A stretch of DNA of 48,004 nt from an uncultured Bacteroidota bacterium. GTDB lineage: Bacteria; Bacteroidota; Bacteroidia; Flavobacteriales; BACL11. Under the pieces are notes generated by a model. It saw only the letters and a program-made list of their open reading frames with translations, was not told the origin of the DNA and did not search any database. Both the position numbers and the translations under genes were made by a program. Every line of letters starts with the position of its first letter. Position 1 is the stretch's first letter. Shown one piece after another: positions 16,340 through 26,325 of this stretch. Location: contig CACHFI010000004.1 in the NCBI GenBank assembly GCA_902579065.1, forward strand, positions 1 to 48,004. Reading direction: 5' to 3'.

Positions 16340-18315
16340 GTTTTGATTAGTTTTAGAAGAAGTATTTCAATTCCAAAAAATAATAGTGACAATATTATGC
16401 AAGTTTTCCAAAAGTGTTTGTCTTTAAAAGATTCACTAATATAACCACTTATATTTTTTTTGTCTATTGTTGAACCGGATGATTTTAATAATTTATTATC
16501 ATCATTTAAATAAGTTAACTTACTTTCTTTAGAGCTGTAATTATATGCAATATGATCAACTGTTATGTTTTTATTGAATAATTTATAATGCCCAGCTTCT
16601 TGTAATTGACTATTTGTATAATATCTATTTTGACCATTTACAAATCTAGTAGTTGGAATAATATCAAAATTTTCCTTTTTCAGATTATAGATTTGATTTT
16701 TATGATCTACTGACACAAAATAATCATCTAAAGAAATTACATTATAAATTTCTTTAGATGTTAATAATGTATTTGCCATATTTAAAAATACAGGTACGAA
16801 TAATGCATTTTTATGAAAATTTGTAGTCGAATCGTGTAAACAAGTATTAAACACATATATATTCGACTTTTTGTAATTATAATGAGAGAGGAAATCTTCA
16901 TTATTTTCTAGTGTTAGAATTGCTTTTTTATTATTTGAAGTTAATTTTTTTGTTTTATAATATTTTGAGATTGTTGGTAGTGATGAGTTTCTAATTTCAC
17001 CTTCAAAAACATTATTAAATAATGGGTGTTTTTCTGCAAGTTTATTTATTGAAAATGTTTCCTTTATTTTATCTCCAAAATTTTCTATAGAAAACATGTT
17101 AAATAGATAGTTGTAATTTTCAATATCAATATTCCTTGATGGTATTACGATAAGGGTAGATCCATTTTCAATACATTTTTTAATAGTTTCAATTAATCCG
17201 GATGAGAATTTATTTATTTCATTTAATATGACAATTTCTTGATCTAATAAATTTTGGTAATTAATATTACTAAGATTTTGATTTTTAAATATGTAATTAG
17301 TTGTATCATTTAAGAAAAGTCTCTCAATATAATTATGCTTGTTTTCACCATTGATTGAAAGAATTTTTATTTTATCATTTTTAATAAGATTGAAATAGAT
17401 CTGATTATCAAATGTAATTGGATAATCTTCTATACTAAGTTTACATATGTTAATGTTACTATCTAATCTAACTTCAATATTGAACTCTTGATTCTTATCT
17501 TTATCAATTTCTAAAAGCTGATTTATTTTGAGTTTATTGTTAATTTCAAGTGAAATAGGAACATCTTTACTAACATTTTGATTGTTGAGAGTAAAATTGA
17601 TACGTTGATTAGTGTTTTTTAATAGAATTGGCCCATCTATCCATACACTATCGATACTTAGATTAGAGATGTTTTTTCCTATAACTGGAACATATATTAT
17701 TTTGTTCTTATTTTCTGAATTTAATTTATCAATTTTGATTGAATTTTCTTGAAGATCAGAAATAATATAAATAATTTCACTTTCATTAGATAGACTTTGT
17801 TTTTTATCTAAAATTTGACTGATTGTTTTACTATTTCCACTTGATTCAATTTTTGAAATTTCTTCTATAATTTTCTCTTGATTAAATGATTTATTATTGC
17901 TTAAAATAAAATCATTTGTAAGTAAATAGAATTTAGTTGTTTTTGGAAATGTATTAATAATATCATTTGAAGTGTTTTTTGCAATATCTAGTAAACGACC
18001 ATCTTCAGAAATTGCATTCATGCTAAAAGAATTATCTAAGTAAATGAAAATGTTGTTTGTAGCATTTTCATTATTATGTGGAATATATGGTTTGGCAAAT
18101 GCAAGAATTAAGAATAATAGTGCTAAAATTCTACTTAAAAGAATTAATATGTTTCTTAAATTTTTTTTCTTTCTATTTTTTGTTTTTATTTCTTCTAAGA
18201 AACGAATACTACTAAAGTAGATCTTTTCGTGTTTTCTAAAGTTAAATAAGTGAATGATAATTGGGATTGCTAATGCAAAAAGAGCGTATAGAATCTGAGG
18301 GTTTTGATATATCAT
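16336..18315 (-). CDS. BatA-domain / VWA membrane-anchored protein
   Basis: N-terminal AIPIIIHLFNFR...FSSIRFL...AFAKP (BatA-like), MIDAS-like DNSFSM and ISDLQ, C-terminal TM helix. ATG at 18315 preferred over TTG at 18318. Confidence 0.8.
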   Translation of the reverse strand: MIYQNPQILYALFALAIPIIIHLFNFRKHEKIYFSSIRFLEEIKTKNRKKKNLRNILILLSRILALLFLILAFAKPYIPHNNENATNNIFIYLDNSFSMNAISEDGRLLDIAKNTSNDIINTFPKTTKFYLLTNDFILSNNKSFNQEKIIEEISKIESSGNSKTISQILDKKQSLSNESEIIYIISDLQENSIKIDKLNSENKNKIIYVPVIGKNISNLSIDSVWIDGPILLKNTNQRINFTLNNQNVSKDVPISLEINNKLKINQLLEIDKDKNQEFNIEVRLDSNINICKLSIEDYPITFDNQIYFNLIKNDKIKILSINGENKHNYIERLFLNDTTNYIFKNQNLSNINYQNLLDQEIVILNEINKFSSGLIETIKKCIENGSTLIVIPSRNIDIENYNYLFNMFSIENFGDKIKETFSINKLAEKHPLFNNVFEGEIRNSSLPTISKYYKTKKLTSNNKKAILTLENNEDFLSHYNYKKSNIYVFNTCLHDSTTNFHKNALFVPVFLNMANTLLTSKEIYNVISLDDYFVSVDHKNQIYNLKKENFDIIPTTRFVNGQNRYYTNSQLQEAGHYKLFNKNITVDHIAYNYSSKESKLTYLNDDNKLLKSSGSTIDKKNISGYISESFKDKHFWKTCIILSLLFFGIEILLLKLIKT

Positions 18316-18322
18316 CAAAGTG

Positions 18323-18330
18323 CAAAGTTA
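18323..18330 (-). promoter_or_regulatory. Bacteroidota -7 element (TAACTTTG)
   Basis: TAACTTTGCA on the minus strand just upstream of the BatA-domain gene. Confidence 0.6.
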
Positions 18331-18359
18331 CACAATTTGATATAATTTACTTTTTTTAA

Positions 18360-19010
18360 TTAGATAAATTTTCCATCAACCATTTTTAAAGATCTATCAG
18401 TCATTGCAGCGAGTTCTTTGTTATGAGTGACAATTATAAAGGTTTGTTTTAACTCTTTATTTAATTTTAAAATTAGGTTATGGAGGTTATTTGCATTTTT
18501 AGAATCTAGATTTCCAGATGGTTCATCTGCTAAAACAATTGATGGAGAGTTAATTAAAGCTCTTGCAATAGCTACTCTTTGTTGTTCTCCACCAGATAAT
18601 TCATTAGGCTTATTATTTTTTTTATCACTGATTCCAAGAATATCTAATAATTCTAATGCTCTTTTTTCTATATCAACTTTGTTTACATTTGATATGTATC
18701 CAGGAAGACAAATATTTTCAAAAGCTGAAAATTCAGGTAATAGATTGTGAAATTGAAAAATAAACCCAACTTCTAAATTTCTAAATTTAGAGAGTTCATT
18801 TGTACTAAGATCAACAATTGATTTGTCATTGATAGAATAATCTCCAGTTTCAACTTTTTCTAAAGTTCCTAAGATATGTAATAGAGTTGTTTTACCAACT
18901 CCTGAAGATCCAACAATGGAAACAATTTCGCCCTTTTTAACATCAAGATCTATTCCGTTAAGTACTTTGGTTTCTCCGTATGAAAAATGAATGTTACTTA
19001 GTTTTAACAT
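18360..19010 (-). CDS. lolD: ABC transporter ATP-binding protein, LolD-like
   Basis: Walker A GSSGVGKT, GFIFQFHNLLPEF, LSGGEQQRVAIARAL, ADEPSGNLD, VTHN. Confidence 0.8.
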   Translation of the reverse strand: MLKLSNIHFSYGETKVLNGIDLDVKKGEIVSIVGSSGVGKTTLLHILGTLEKVETGDYSINDKSIVDLSTNELSKFRNLEVGFIFQFHNLLPEFSAFENICLPGYISNVNKVDIEKRALELLDILGISDKKNNKPNELSGGEQQRVAIARALINSPSIVLADEPSGNLDSKNANNLHNLILKLNKELKQTFIIVTHNKELAAMTDRSLKMVDGKFI

Positions 19011-19013
19011 TTA

Positions 19014-21332
19014 TTATATTCCTTTTTTTAAGTAAAGATAATCCAAATAATACACAATCTTTAACGACAAACTATTTTGTTGTGCCAGATTAAATGATTC
19101 TTCAATATTATCAAGCCAATTATTTTCGATGTTTGATGTTTGATTATCCACTCCATTTTTCCAAACTAGACTTAACTGACTTCCAGGAGCAAACCACCAA
19201 TTTAATCCAACATCAGCTGTCCATGTCGAATAATTAATATTATAATCCTCGGTTTCATTATTTTCAATATCTGTTTGGACAAGATACCCTTGATTATCTA
19301 ATCTGTTGAAATCTAATATTTCAACTTGATCAATGTGATATCTTAACTTTAATGATAAATCTATTTTGTTACTTATTATATAACTACTAGAAAGTACGTT
19401 GGTTATCATGTAAGTATTTCTTAAAGAAATAATAGGTTGTGGGTTCTGCATATTTGAAATAGAAAGATCATCAAGATATCCTATTTCATTGTATCTATTT
19501 CTTAATGAAAGTACATAATTTATAGATGCCCTATCATTAAATCTAATTCTTGGAGAAATCCTTCCTCTGTATTCTTTTCCGGAATATAATGGTTTAATGG
19601 TAGCTCCACATCCAAAATCCAAAGCAAATCTATTTCGATAGTCGCTTGACATGTATATGCCATAACGAATAGATTTTGATCTTTTCAAAGGACTATCAAA
19701 ATCACCTGTTCTTGCTTCATAATAATCATCTTGTTCATAAGGATTTGTAACAATTTTTCCCATTATAAATAAATAGTTTTTAAGCATATATTTTGCTTCT
19801 GCTTCTATTTCTAAGTTTACAAACTTATTTTCCGTAAATAATGTATTATGCTTGATAAAAAGATAGTGCTTTGAAAAAATAAAATTTTTGTTTTCATTTA
19901 ATTGCTCATATCCAATATTTAATCCATTAGTTATTTCATTATTTGAATATAAAAATCCTAAATCATTGGGATTGTATTTTTCATCTTCAAAAAGTGAATA
20001 CAATTCATATCTATAATTTCCACTGTTTTTAGAAGCTTTTAACATACCTGAAAAACCAATATTAGTACTGTCTGTAAAAAACTCTTGACTCATTTTAAGA
20101 TTTGCATCATAAACATGTGTGTTCTTTTTGTTATTGAATCTTGTAAATATTCCTGTAACATTTGCGTCTTTATCATTATTTGTTTTTGTCACATTTGTAT
20201 TCATTAAACTTATTGATGAGCTGTTGTCTAAAGCTTTATCAATAATAAATACATTATAGTTTGTTAATGGATCGTCATCGGTTTTATTTGTTATGGCATT
20301 TAATGCTGCAACACCTATGCCATTTTTAGTTCTTCCAGTAACTTTGGTAGCATTTAATAGATCATCTTGTAATCTTCTACTATAAAATATTTCTCCTCCT
20401 TTATTAAATAACTCTATTCCCTCATTAAAAAATTGTCTATTTTCTTCATACTTAACTTCAAAAGGAGAGAGGTTTAATACCATTGCATCGGAGGAAACTT
20501 GTCCAAAATCAGGAATCAATGTCATATCTAATGTGAAACTCTCATTTAAGCCATATTTTAAATCCATACCATAGTTATATGGGAAATTAGTTTCACTATC
20601 GTAAGAATCCATATAAATTGATGCATATGGCATAAATGATAATCTAATTGGACTTTCAACATCTATAATTCCATCTAAAAGACCAGATTGTAAGGCATAA
20701 TTTTCAAACTTAATATCAATTGGGTTCCAGGAATATTCTTCTCTATATCTTCTAATATTTCTGTACATATTTATAGCCCAAGGATCATCAATATCTGGAA
20801 ATCTTATTTGAGAAAATGGTATTGCAATTTCTGCTGACCAACCTTTATCAAAAATATCAACAGCAGATTTCCAAACAGCATTCCATGATTTGTCTCCACC
20901 ATTTTTTGACATTTTTTTATCTATTTGTACTCCAGATGCAGTAATAGTAAAATTATACTCAACTTGAGTATTATTAAAAGGGTCAATTACAATAGTAAAT
21001 CTATCGTTATTTTTATTATCATCATCTCTTTTACATAGTTCTTTTAAAATACTATCAGGGGCATTGTCATACATTACAGCAGCGAAATATAAGTTTTGGT
21101 CATCATAACATATTTTGACTTCTGTTTTTTGACTAGAACGTTCTAATAAGACATTATTTGGCTTAAATTGAGTGAAGTTTTTTGCTACACTCTTGTTTTT
21201 CCAAACCAAATCATTTATAACACCATCAATTTTTGGCTTTTCAGATACCTTTAAAATGTTATAAACTTTTTTTTCTACAAATTGAGAAAATGATAAAAAA
21301 GGAATTAAAAGAAGGAAAAGTATGATTCTCAT
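19014..21332 (-). CDS. DUF5916 / CBM9-like-domain outer-membrane protein
   Basis: Signal peptide from Met at 21332 (MRIILFLLLIPFLSFS/Q); PKIDG...W, WSAEIAIPFSQIRF, PDFGQV.SD, ENRQFF.EG, FYSRR. A -7 element at 21351-21358 supports the shorter start. Confidence 0.75.
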   Translation of the reverse strand: MRIILFLLLIPFLSFSQFVEKKVYNILKVSEKPKIDGVINDLVWKNKSVAKNFTQFKPNNVLLERSSQKTEVKICYDDQNLYFAAVMYDNAPDSILKELCKRDDDNKNNDRFTIVIDPFNNTQVEYNFTITASGVQIDKKMSKNGGDKSWNAVWKSAVDIFDKGWSAEIAIPFSQIRFPDIDDPWAINMYRNIRRYREEYSWNPIDIKFENYALQSGLLDGIIDVESPIRLSFMPYASIYMDSYDSETNFPYNYGMDLKYGLNESFTLDMTLIPDFGQVSSDAMVLNLSPFEVKYEENRQFFNEGIELFNKGGEIFYSRRLQDDLLNATKVTGRTKNGIGVAALNAITNKTDDDPLTNYNVFIIDKALDNSSSISLMNTNVTKTNNDKDANVTGIFTRFNNKKNTHVYDANLKMSQEFFTDSTNIGFSGMLKASKNSGNYRYELYSLFEDEKYNPNDLGFLYSNNEITNGLNIGYEQLNENKNFIFSKHYLFIKHNTLFTENKFVNLEIEAEAKYMLKNYLFIMGKIVTNPYEQDDYYEARTGDFDSPLKRSKSIRYGIYMSSDYRNRFALDFGCGATIKPLYSGKEYRGRISPRIRFNDRASINYVLSLRNRYNEIGYLDDLSISNMQNPQPIISLRNTYMITNVLSSSYIISNKIDLSLKLRYHIDQVEILDFNRLDNQGYLVQTDIENNETEDYNINYSTWTADVGLNWWFAPGSQLSLVWKNGVDNQTSNIENNWLDNIEESFNLAQQNSLSLKIVYYLDYLYLKKGI

Positions 21333-21417
21333 ATTTGAAAAAAATATTTGCAAAAATAGACAATAGATTATTGTAATTAAAATCAATCCTATATTTTTAC
21401 ATCCTAAAAATTTACAT

Positions 21418-22608
21418 ATGAATTTACATGAATATCAAGGAAAAGATTTGTTATCAAGTTTTGGAGTAAGAATTCAAAGAGGTATAGTTGCCTCAACAGC
21501 TGATGAAGCTGTTAAAGCTGCAGAAAAACTTAATCAGGAAACTGGTACATCATGGTGGGTTGTTAAAGCTCAGATTCATGCAGGAGGTAGAGGTAAAGGA
21601 GGTGGCGTTAAACTAGCAAAATCAATTGAAGAGGTTAAATCTATATCAGAGAAAATTTTAGGTATGCATTTAATTACTCCTCAAACAACATCCGAGGGTA
21701 AACTAGTAAACCAAGTGTTAATTGCCGAGGACGTTTATTACCCTGGTGAGAGTGAAACGGATGAATTTTATATGTCTGTTTTACTTAATCGATCAACCGG
21801 AAGAAATATGATTATGTATTCAACTGAAGGAGGTATGGATATTGAAACAGTTGCAGAAGAAACACCTCATTTAATTTTTACTGAAGAAATTGATCCAAGT
21901 TTAGGATTACAATCTTTTCAATGTAGGAAAATAGCATTTAATTTACGCTTATCTGGAAATGCATTTAAAGAAATGACCAAATTTGTATATTCATTATATA
22001 ATGCATATGTAAATACTGATTCATCATTATTTGAGATCAACCCTGTATTAAAGACATCAGATAATAAAATAATGGCTGTAGATTCTAAAGTTACTCTAGA
22101 TGACAATGCTCTTTTTAGACATAAGGATTATGCTGAATTAAGAGATAAAAGAGAAGAGGATCCAACTGAAGTTGAAGCTGGCGAATATGGGTTAAATTTT
22201 GTTAAACTTGATGGTAATGTTGGATGTATGGTAAATGGAGCAGGCCTAGCTATGGCAACTATGGATATTATTAAAATGGCTGGCGGTAATCCTGCAAATT
22301 TTCTAGATGTTGGTGGTACTGCAGATGCTAAAAGGGTTGAACAAGCTTTTAGAATAATTCTTAAAGATAAAGCTGTAAAGGCAATTTTGGTTAATATTTT
22401 TGGAGGTATTGTTAGATGTGATAGGGTGGCACAAGGAATTGTTGATGCCTATAAAAATATAGGTAAAATTGATATTCCGTTAATAGTTAGATTACAAGGA
22501 ACAAATGCTACTGAAGCAAAGAAATTGATTGATGATAGTGGTTTAGAAGTAGAATCTGTTATCCTTTTACAAGAAGCTGCTGATAAAGTTGCAGAAGTTG
22601 TTTCTTAA
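21418..22608 (+). CDS. sucC: Succinyl-CoA synthetase beta subunit
   Basis: MNLHEYQGK, KAQIHAGGRGKGGGV, EINP, GCMVNGAGLAMATMD, NFLDVGG, NIFGGIVRCD. Confidence 0.97.
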   Translation: MNLHEYQGKDLLSSFGVRIQRGIVASTADEAVKAAEKLNQETGTSWWVVKAQIHAGGRGKGGGVKLAKSIEEVKSISEKILGMHLITPQTTSEGKLVNQVLIAEDVYYPGESETDEFYMSVLLNRSTGRNMIMYSTEGGMDIETVAEETPHLIFTEEIDPSLGLQSFQCRKIAFNLRLSGNAFKEMTKFVYSLYNAYVNTDSSLFEINPVLKTSDNKIMAVDSKVTLDDNALFRHKDYAELRDKREEDPTEVEAGEYGLNFVKLDGNVGCMVNGAGLAMATMDIIKMAGGNPANFLDVGGTADAKRVEQAFRIILKDKAVKAILVNIFGGIVRCDRVAQGIVDAYKNIGKIDIPLIVRLQGTNATEAKKLIDDSGLEVESVILLQEAADKVAEVVS

Positions 22609-24146
22609 GAGCACATCTCAGCACACTTTTGACCATCAATTGCAGCTGAAATTATTCCACCTGCATAACCAGCGCCTTCTCCACAAGGATATAATCCTTT
22701 AATTTTAATATGTTCTAATGTTTGTGGATTTCTTGGTATTCTAACTGGTGATGATGTTCTTGATTCAGGAGCATGTACTATAGCTTCATTTGTTAAATAT
22801 CCATTCATTTGTTTTCCAAATTCAATAAATCCTTGTTGTAGGTTTTTATAAATAAATTTTGGAAATAAATCTTTTAGATTAGAAGATACTGTACCTGGAA
22901 GATATGATGTTTTTGGAATATCAATTGAGGTTTTTCCATTTATAAAATCTACAAGTCTTTGTGCAGGAACTTTTTGAGTTTTACCTGCCATTTCCCACGC
23001 ACTTTTTTCTATGTTTTTTTGAAATTCTAATCCTGCAAATACATTATGTTTATAGAATTCATTAAAATCATTGTTTTTTAGTTCAACTACAATTCCTGAA
23101 TTTGAAGACGGATAATCTCTTTTTGATGGTGACCAACCATTTGTTACTACTTCATTTTGAGAAGTTGCACATGGTGCAATAATGCCTCCAGGGCACATGC
23201 AAAATGAATATACTCCTCTTCCATTAATTTGCTTAGAAATTGAATAGGGTGCTGGTGGTAAATATTCTCCTCTTGAATTGCATTTGTATTGAATTTGATC
23301 AATTAAATCTTGACTGTGTTCAACTCTTATTCCTAAAGCAAATGATTTTTTTTCAAGAAAAACACCTTTGTTTTTTAGTAATTCAAAAATATCTCTTGCT
23401 GAATGGCCTGTAGCTAAAATTATTTTAGAACAATTAATTTCAGTTTTATCCATTAATGTAACAGAAGAAACTCTATTATTTTGAATTTTTATATCAACTA
23501 ATCTTGAATTGAATAGAATTTCACCTCCATATTCAATAATTCTTTCTCTTATGTTTTCAATAATTTTTGGCAGTTTATTAGTTCCAATATGCGGATGAGC
23601 ATCAATTTTAATTTGAGGAGTTGCTCCATGTTCAACTAATATATTTAAAATATTATCAACATCGCCTCTTTTTTTTGACCTTGTATATAGTTTTCCATCA
23701 GAAAAAGTTCCGGCACCACCTTCTCCAAAACAATAATTTGAATCAGTATTAACGATATGTTCCTTAGTTAATTTTGCTAAATCTCTTCTTCTGTTTCTTA
23801 CTTTTTTTCCTCTTTCAATAATAATTGGTTTAATTCCATTTTCAATCAGTTTTAATGCAGCAAAAAGACCAGCTGGACCTGCTCCAATAATCAAAACTTC
23901 TCTAGAATTTTTAACATTTTGATAATTTGATAGTATTTTTTTTGGAATAAATTTTTCATTAATGTATACATCAATTTTTAGATTGATCAATATTTTTTTT
24001 TGTCTTGCATCTATTGATTTTTTTACTATTTCTATGTGAGAAACAGTTTTTTTTTGAATATTAAAATCATTTGATATTTTATTGAAAAGTAAGTGCTTTT
24101 TTTCAGCAATTTCAGGATCAACTCTTATTTGTACTGATTTTATCAT
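22605..24146 (-). CDS. NAD(P)/FAD-dependent oxidoreductase (uncharacterised FAD dehydrogenase family)
   Basis: IIGAGPAGL, FGEGGAGTFSDGKL, ATGHSARD, FCMCPGG, GEGAGYAGGIISAAIDG. Confidence 0.85.
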   Translation of the reverse strand: MIKSVQIRVDPEIAEKKHLLFNKISNDFNIQKKTVSHIEIVKKSIDARQKKILINLKIDVYINEKFIPKKILSNYQNVKNSREVLIIGAGPAGLFAALKLIENGIKPIIIERGKKVRNRRRDLAKLTKEHIVNTDSNYCFGEGGAGTFSDGKLYTRSKKRGDVDNILNILVEHGATPQIKIDAHPHIGTNKLPKIIENIRERIIEYGGEILFNSRLVDIKIQNNRVSSVTLMDKTEINCSKIILATGHSARDIFELLKNKGVFLEKKSFALGIRVEHSQDLIDQIQYKCNSRGEYLPPAPYSISKQINGRGVYSFCMCPGGIIAPCATSQNEVVTNGWSPSKRDYPSSNSGIVVELKNNDFNEFYKHNVFAGLEFQKNIEKSAWEMAGKTQKVPAQRLVDFINGKTSIDIPKTSYLPGTVSSNLKDLFPKFIYKNLQQGFIEFGKQMNGYLTNEAIVHAPESRTSSPVRIPRNPQTLEHIKIKGLYPCGEGAGYAGGIISAAIDGQKCAEMCS

Positions 24147-24237
24147 TATTGTAAAATTACATAATGAAAAGTTTATTATAAATAAAATAAGTTATTTATC
24201 GTTTTAAAATTAATTTACAAAATTTTAATTTTGATAT

Positions 24238-24819
24238 ATGTCAAGAATTTTAATCATCTTTATTTTACAATTTAGCTATATTTTATGTTTTTCTCAGGAA
24301 AATGTTACTGTATCTCCTTTTATTACAGTAGACGGAGAGAAAATACTTACTTCTAATATTCCTCAGCTTGACATAATTGATTTTAAAAGTAATGAAGAGA
24401 GAAAAAGTTTTTTTAAGCTCAAGAAAAGAGTTTTAAAGGTCTATCCATATGCATTAGAAACAAGAGTAAAAGTTGATTCATTAAATATTGCCTTAGAAAG
24501 TATTAATAAAAAGAGAAAAAAAAGAAGGTACCTCAAAGAAGTAACTAAAATTATTAAAAGTCAGTATACAAGTGCATTAAAAAAACTAACTATGAAAGAG
24601 GGGAGGATTTTAATTAAATTAATTTACCGAGAAACAGGAATAAGTACCTACAATCATTTAAGAAAATATAGAGGCTGGTGGAATACTACAATGTGGCAAA
24701 CTTTCGCAAGAATGTATGACATGAATTTAAAAACAACCTTTGATCCAGAAAACGTTAGAGAAGACATGTTTATAGAAAAAATAATTGATCAAGCTAAAAG
24801 AGAAGGGCGATTTAATTAG
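24238..24819 (+). CDS. DUF4294-family exported protein
   Basis: Signal peptide, KVYPYA, LKKLT..EGRILIKLIYRETG, WQTFAR, D.FIE.I; TAATTTTG at 24226-24233. Confidence 0.75.
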   Translation: MSRILIIFILQFSYILCFSQENVTVSPFITVDGEKILTSNIPQLDIIDFKSNEERKSFFKLKKRVLKVYPYALETRVKVDSLNIALESINKKRKKRRYLKEVTKIIKSQYTSALKKLTMKEGRILIKLIYRETGISTYNHLRKYRGWWNTTMWQTFARMYDMNLKTTFDPENVREDMFIEKIIDQAKREGRFN

Positions 24820-26299
24820 ATTTAGTAAATCTTTTAATAATTTTTTTATTTCCAGTATATATATAAAAACTATAGGTTCCACTTTTTAATTCACTAATAA
24901 TGAGTTTATTACAACCTTCTTTTTCCATGATTAATCTCCCCATATTATCTACAATTTCAATAGAATTTATATTATAATTACTTTCAATATTTATAATATC
25001 AGTAGCAGGATTTGGGTATATTTTAATTTTATCACTAAAATAATTGGAAGAATTAGTAGAACTAGAGTTATTTTCAAAAAACAAGAAGTTATTTCCATAG
25101 AAACCAGATGTAATTATATCTAAATCTCCATCTCCATCTAGATCAGCTAATTCTGAATGAATAATAATTCCTGCATAGCTAGTATCTGGAGATAATCCAA
25201 ATGGATTTTGAGCCTGTAGAGACATAATTGCATTTGTTGAAGATCCTTTATTTTGCTGATAAAGAAATTTGTACTGTGAAATACCCATATCTTCATATGG
25301 TGTTGTAATAAGGTCATAATCACCATCATTATCAATATCTCCAAAAGAGGGCATAACAGGATAATATGATGTTGGGAAAGTAATACCAAACAAATTTACT
25401 TGAGAAGATGAAAATTGAGGATTAGAAGGACTACCTAAATTTTCTATAAATCCCATATCTTGATTTTGAATATACCCTTGATTTCCTATAGTTGCAATTG
25501 ATGGAATAATATCATAATCACCGTCACCATCTATATCCACAACTTCAGAAATTCCAATAACTGAGTCAAGTTCTAGACCAAATGGGTTTGATTGTTGTGC
25601 CGCAAATAGAGGAAAAGTAGGATTTCCTATATTTTCATAATACTTAAAAACTGTATGAGCACTTCTGTCATAACTATATGTACCATAACTGTATGTTTCA
25701 TATAGTCCCACATATGATGCTAATAAGTCAAGATCTCCATCATCATCCAAATCAATTAAATTATGAGATAGTAAAGATCCATACAAAGAAAAATTTTGAG
25801 GGGATGTTAGATTAAATGGATTTTTAACTCCAATTGAAAATTGAGGATTATTACTAGTTCCAATATTTTCATGATAAACAAAAACATTATTAGAATAATA
25901 AGAATAATAGCTAGTATCTATATCTAACGTTTCATATAATAAATCTAAATCTCCATCATCATCTAAATCAATAAATTGGGCTTTACCGGTATAATAATTA
26001 TACCCACTAATATTACTATTAAGAGTTAAACCAAATGGATTAATTACAGGAGATACAAATGATTGTGCCTTTACATTATTTGCGTTTATCCCAAATAAAA
26101 AAGCAAATGATCCTAGAATATATTTTAATTTTTTAAATGATAAAACTTCTTTTAAAATATTAACAAGCTCTTTAATTTTAAAAATTAAATTTTGAATTTT
26201 ACTATTACGGAAACCATTATTAATATTTAAAAGTTTCTCAAGTTTAAGAATATGATTCTTAAGTTGTCTTTCTTTTCTAGAAAAATTATTATTTGGCAT
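24812..26299 (-). CDS. FG-GAP/VCBS-repeat protein with T9SS type A CTD and extended N-terminal leader
   Basis: Five repeats of NPFGL...D(L/I)DxDGD(L/Y)D...EN.G...P.F; C-terminal IYPNPATD...DNMGRLI...GTY. Confidence 0.8.
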   Translation of the reverse strand: MPNNNFSRKERQLKNHILKLEKLLNINNGFRNSKIQNLIFKIKELVNILKEVLSFKKLKYILGSFAFLFGINANNVKAQSFVSPVINPFGLTLNSNISGYNYYTGKAQFIDLDDDGDLDLLYETLDIDTSYYSYYSNNVFVYHENIGTSNNPQFSIGVKNPFNLTSPQNFSLYGSLLSHNLIDLDDDGDLDLLASYVGLYETYSYGTYSYDRSAHTVFKYYENIGNPTFPLFAAQQSNPFGLELDSVIGISEVVDIDGDGDYDIIPSIATIGNQGYIQNQDMGFIENLGSPSNPQFSSSQVNLFGITFPTSYYPVMPSFGDIDNDGDYDLITTPYEDMGISQYKFLYQQNKGSSTNAIMSLQAQNPFGLSPDTSYAGIIIHSELADLDGDGDLDIITSGFYGNNFLFFENNSSSTNSSNYFSDKIKIYPNPATDIINIESNYNINSIEIVDNMGRLIMEKEGCNKLIISELKSGTYSFYIYTGNKKIIKRFTKSN

Positions 26300-26325
26300 A
26301 AATTAAAAGTATACTACAATATTAA

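Noticed and set aside
21333-21386. Extended N-terminus of the DUF5916 ORF as given in the track
   Set aside because: It starts at a non-ATG codon and covers a -7 promoter element; Met at 21332 gives a clean signal peptide.
21418-22608. sucC without adjacent sucD
   Set aside because: Separation of sucC and sucD is, to my knowledge, common in Flavobacteriia.
25120-25975. Recurring CCATCATC/ATCTCCATC motifs, considered as a CRISPR or DNA repeat array
   Set aside because: They are codons of the DxDxDGD protein repeats, irregularly spaced and degenerate; no cas genes are present.
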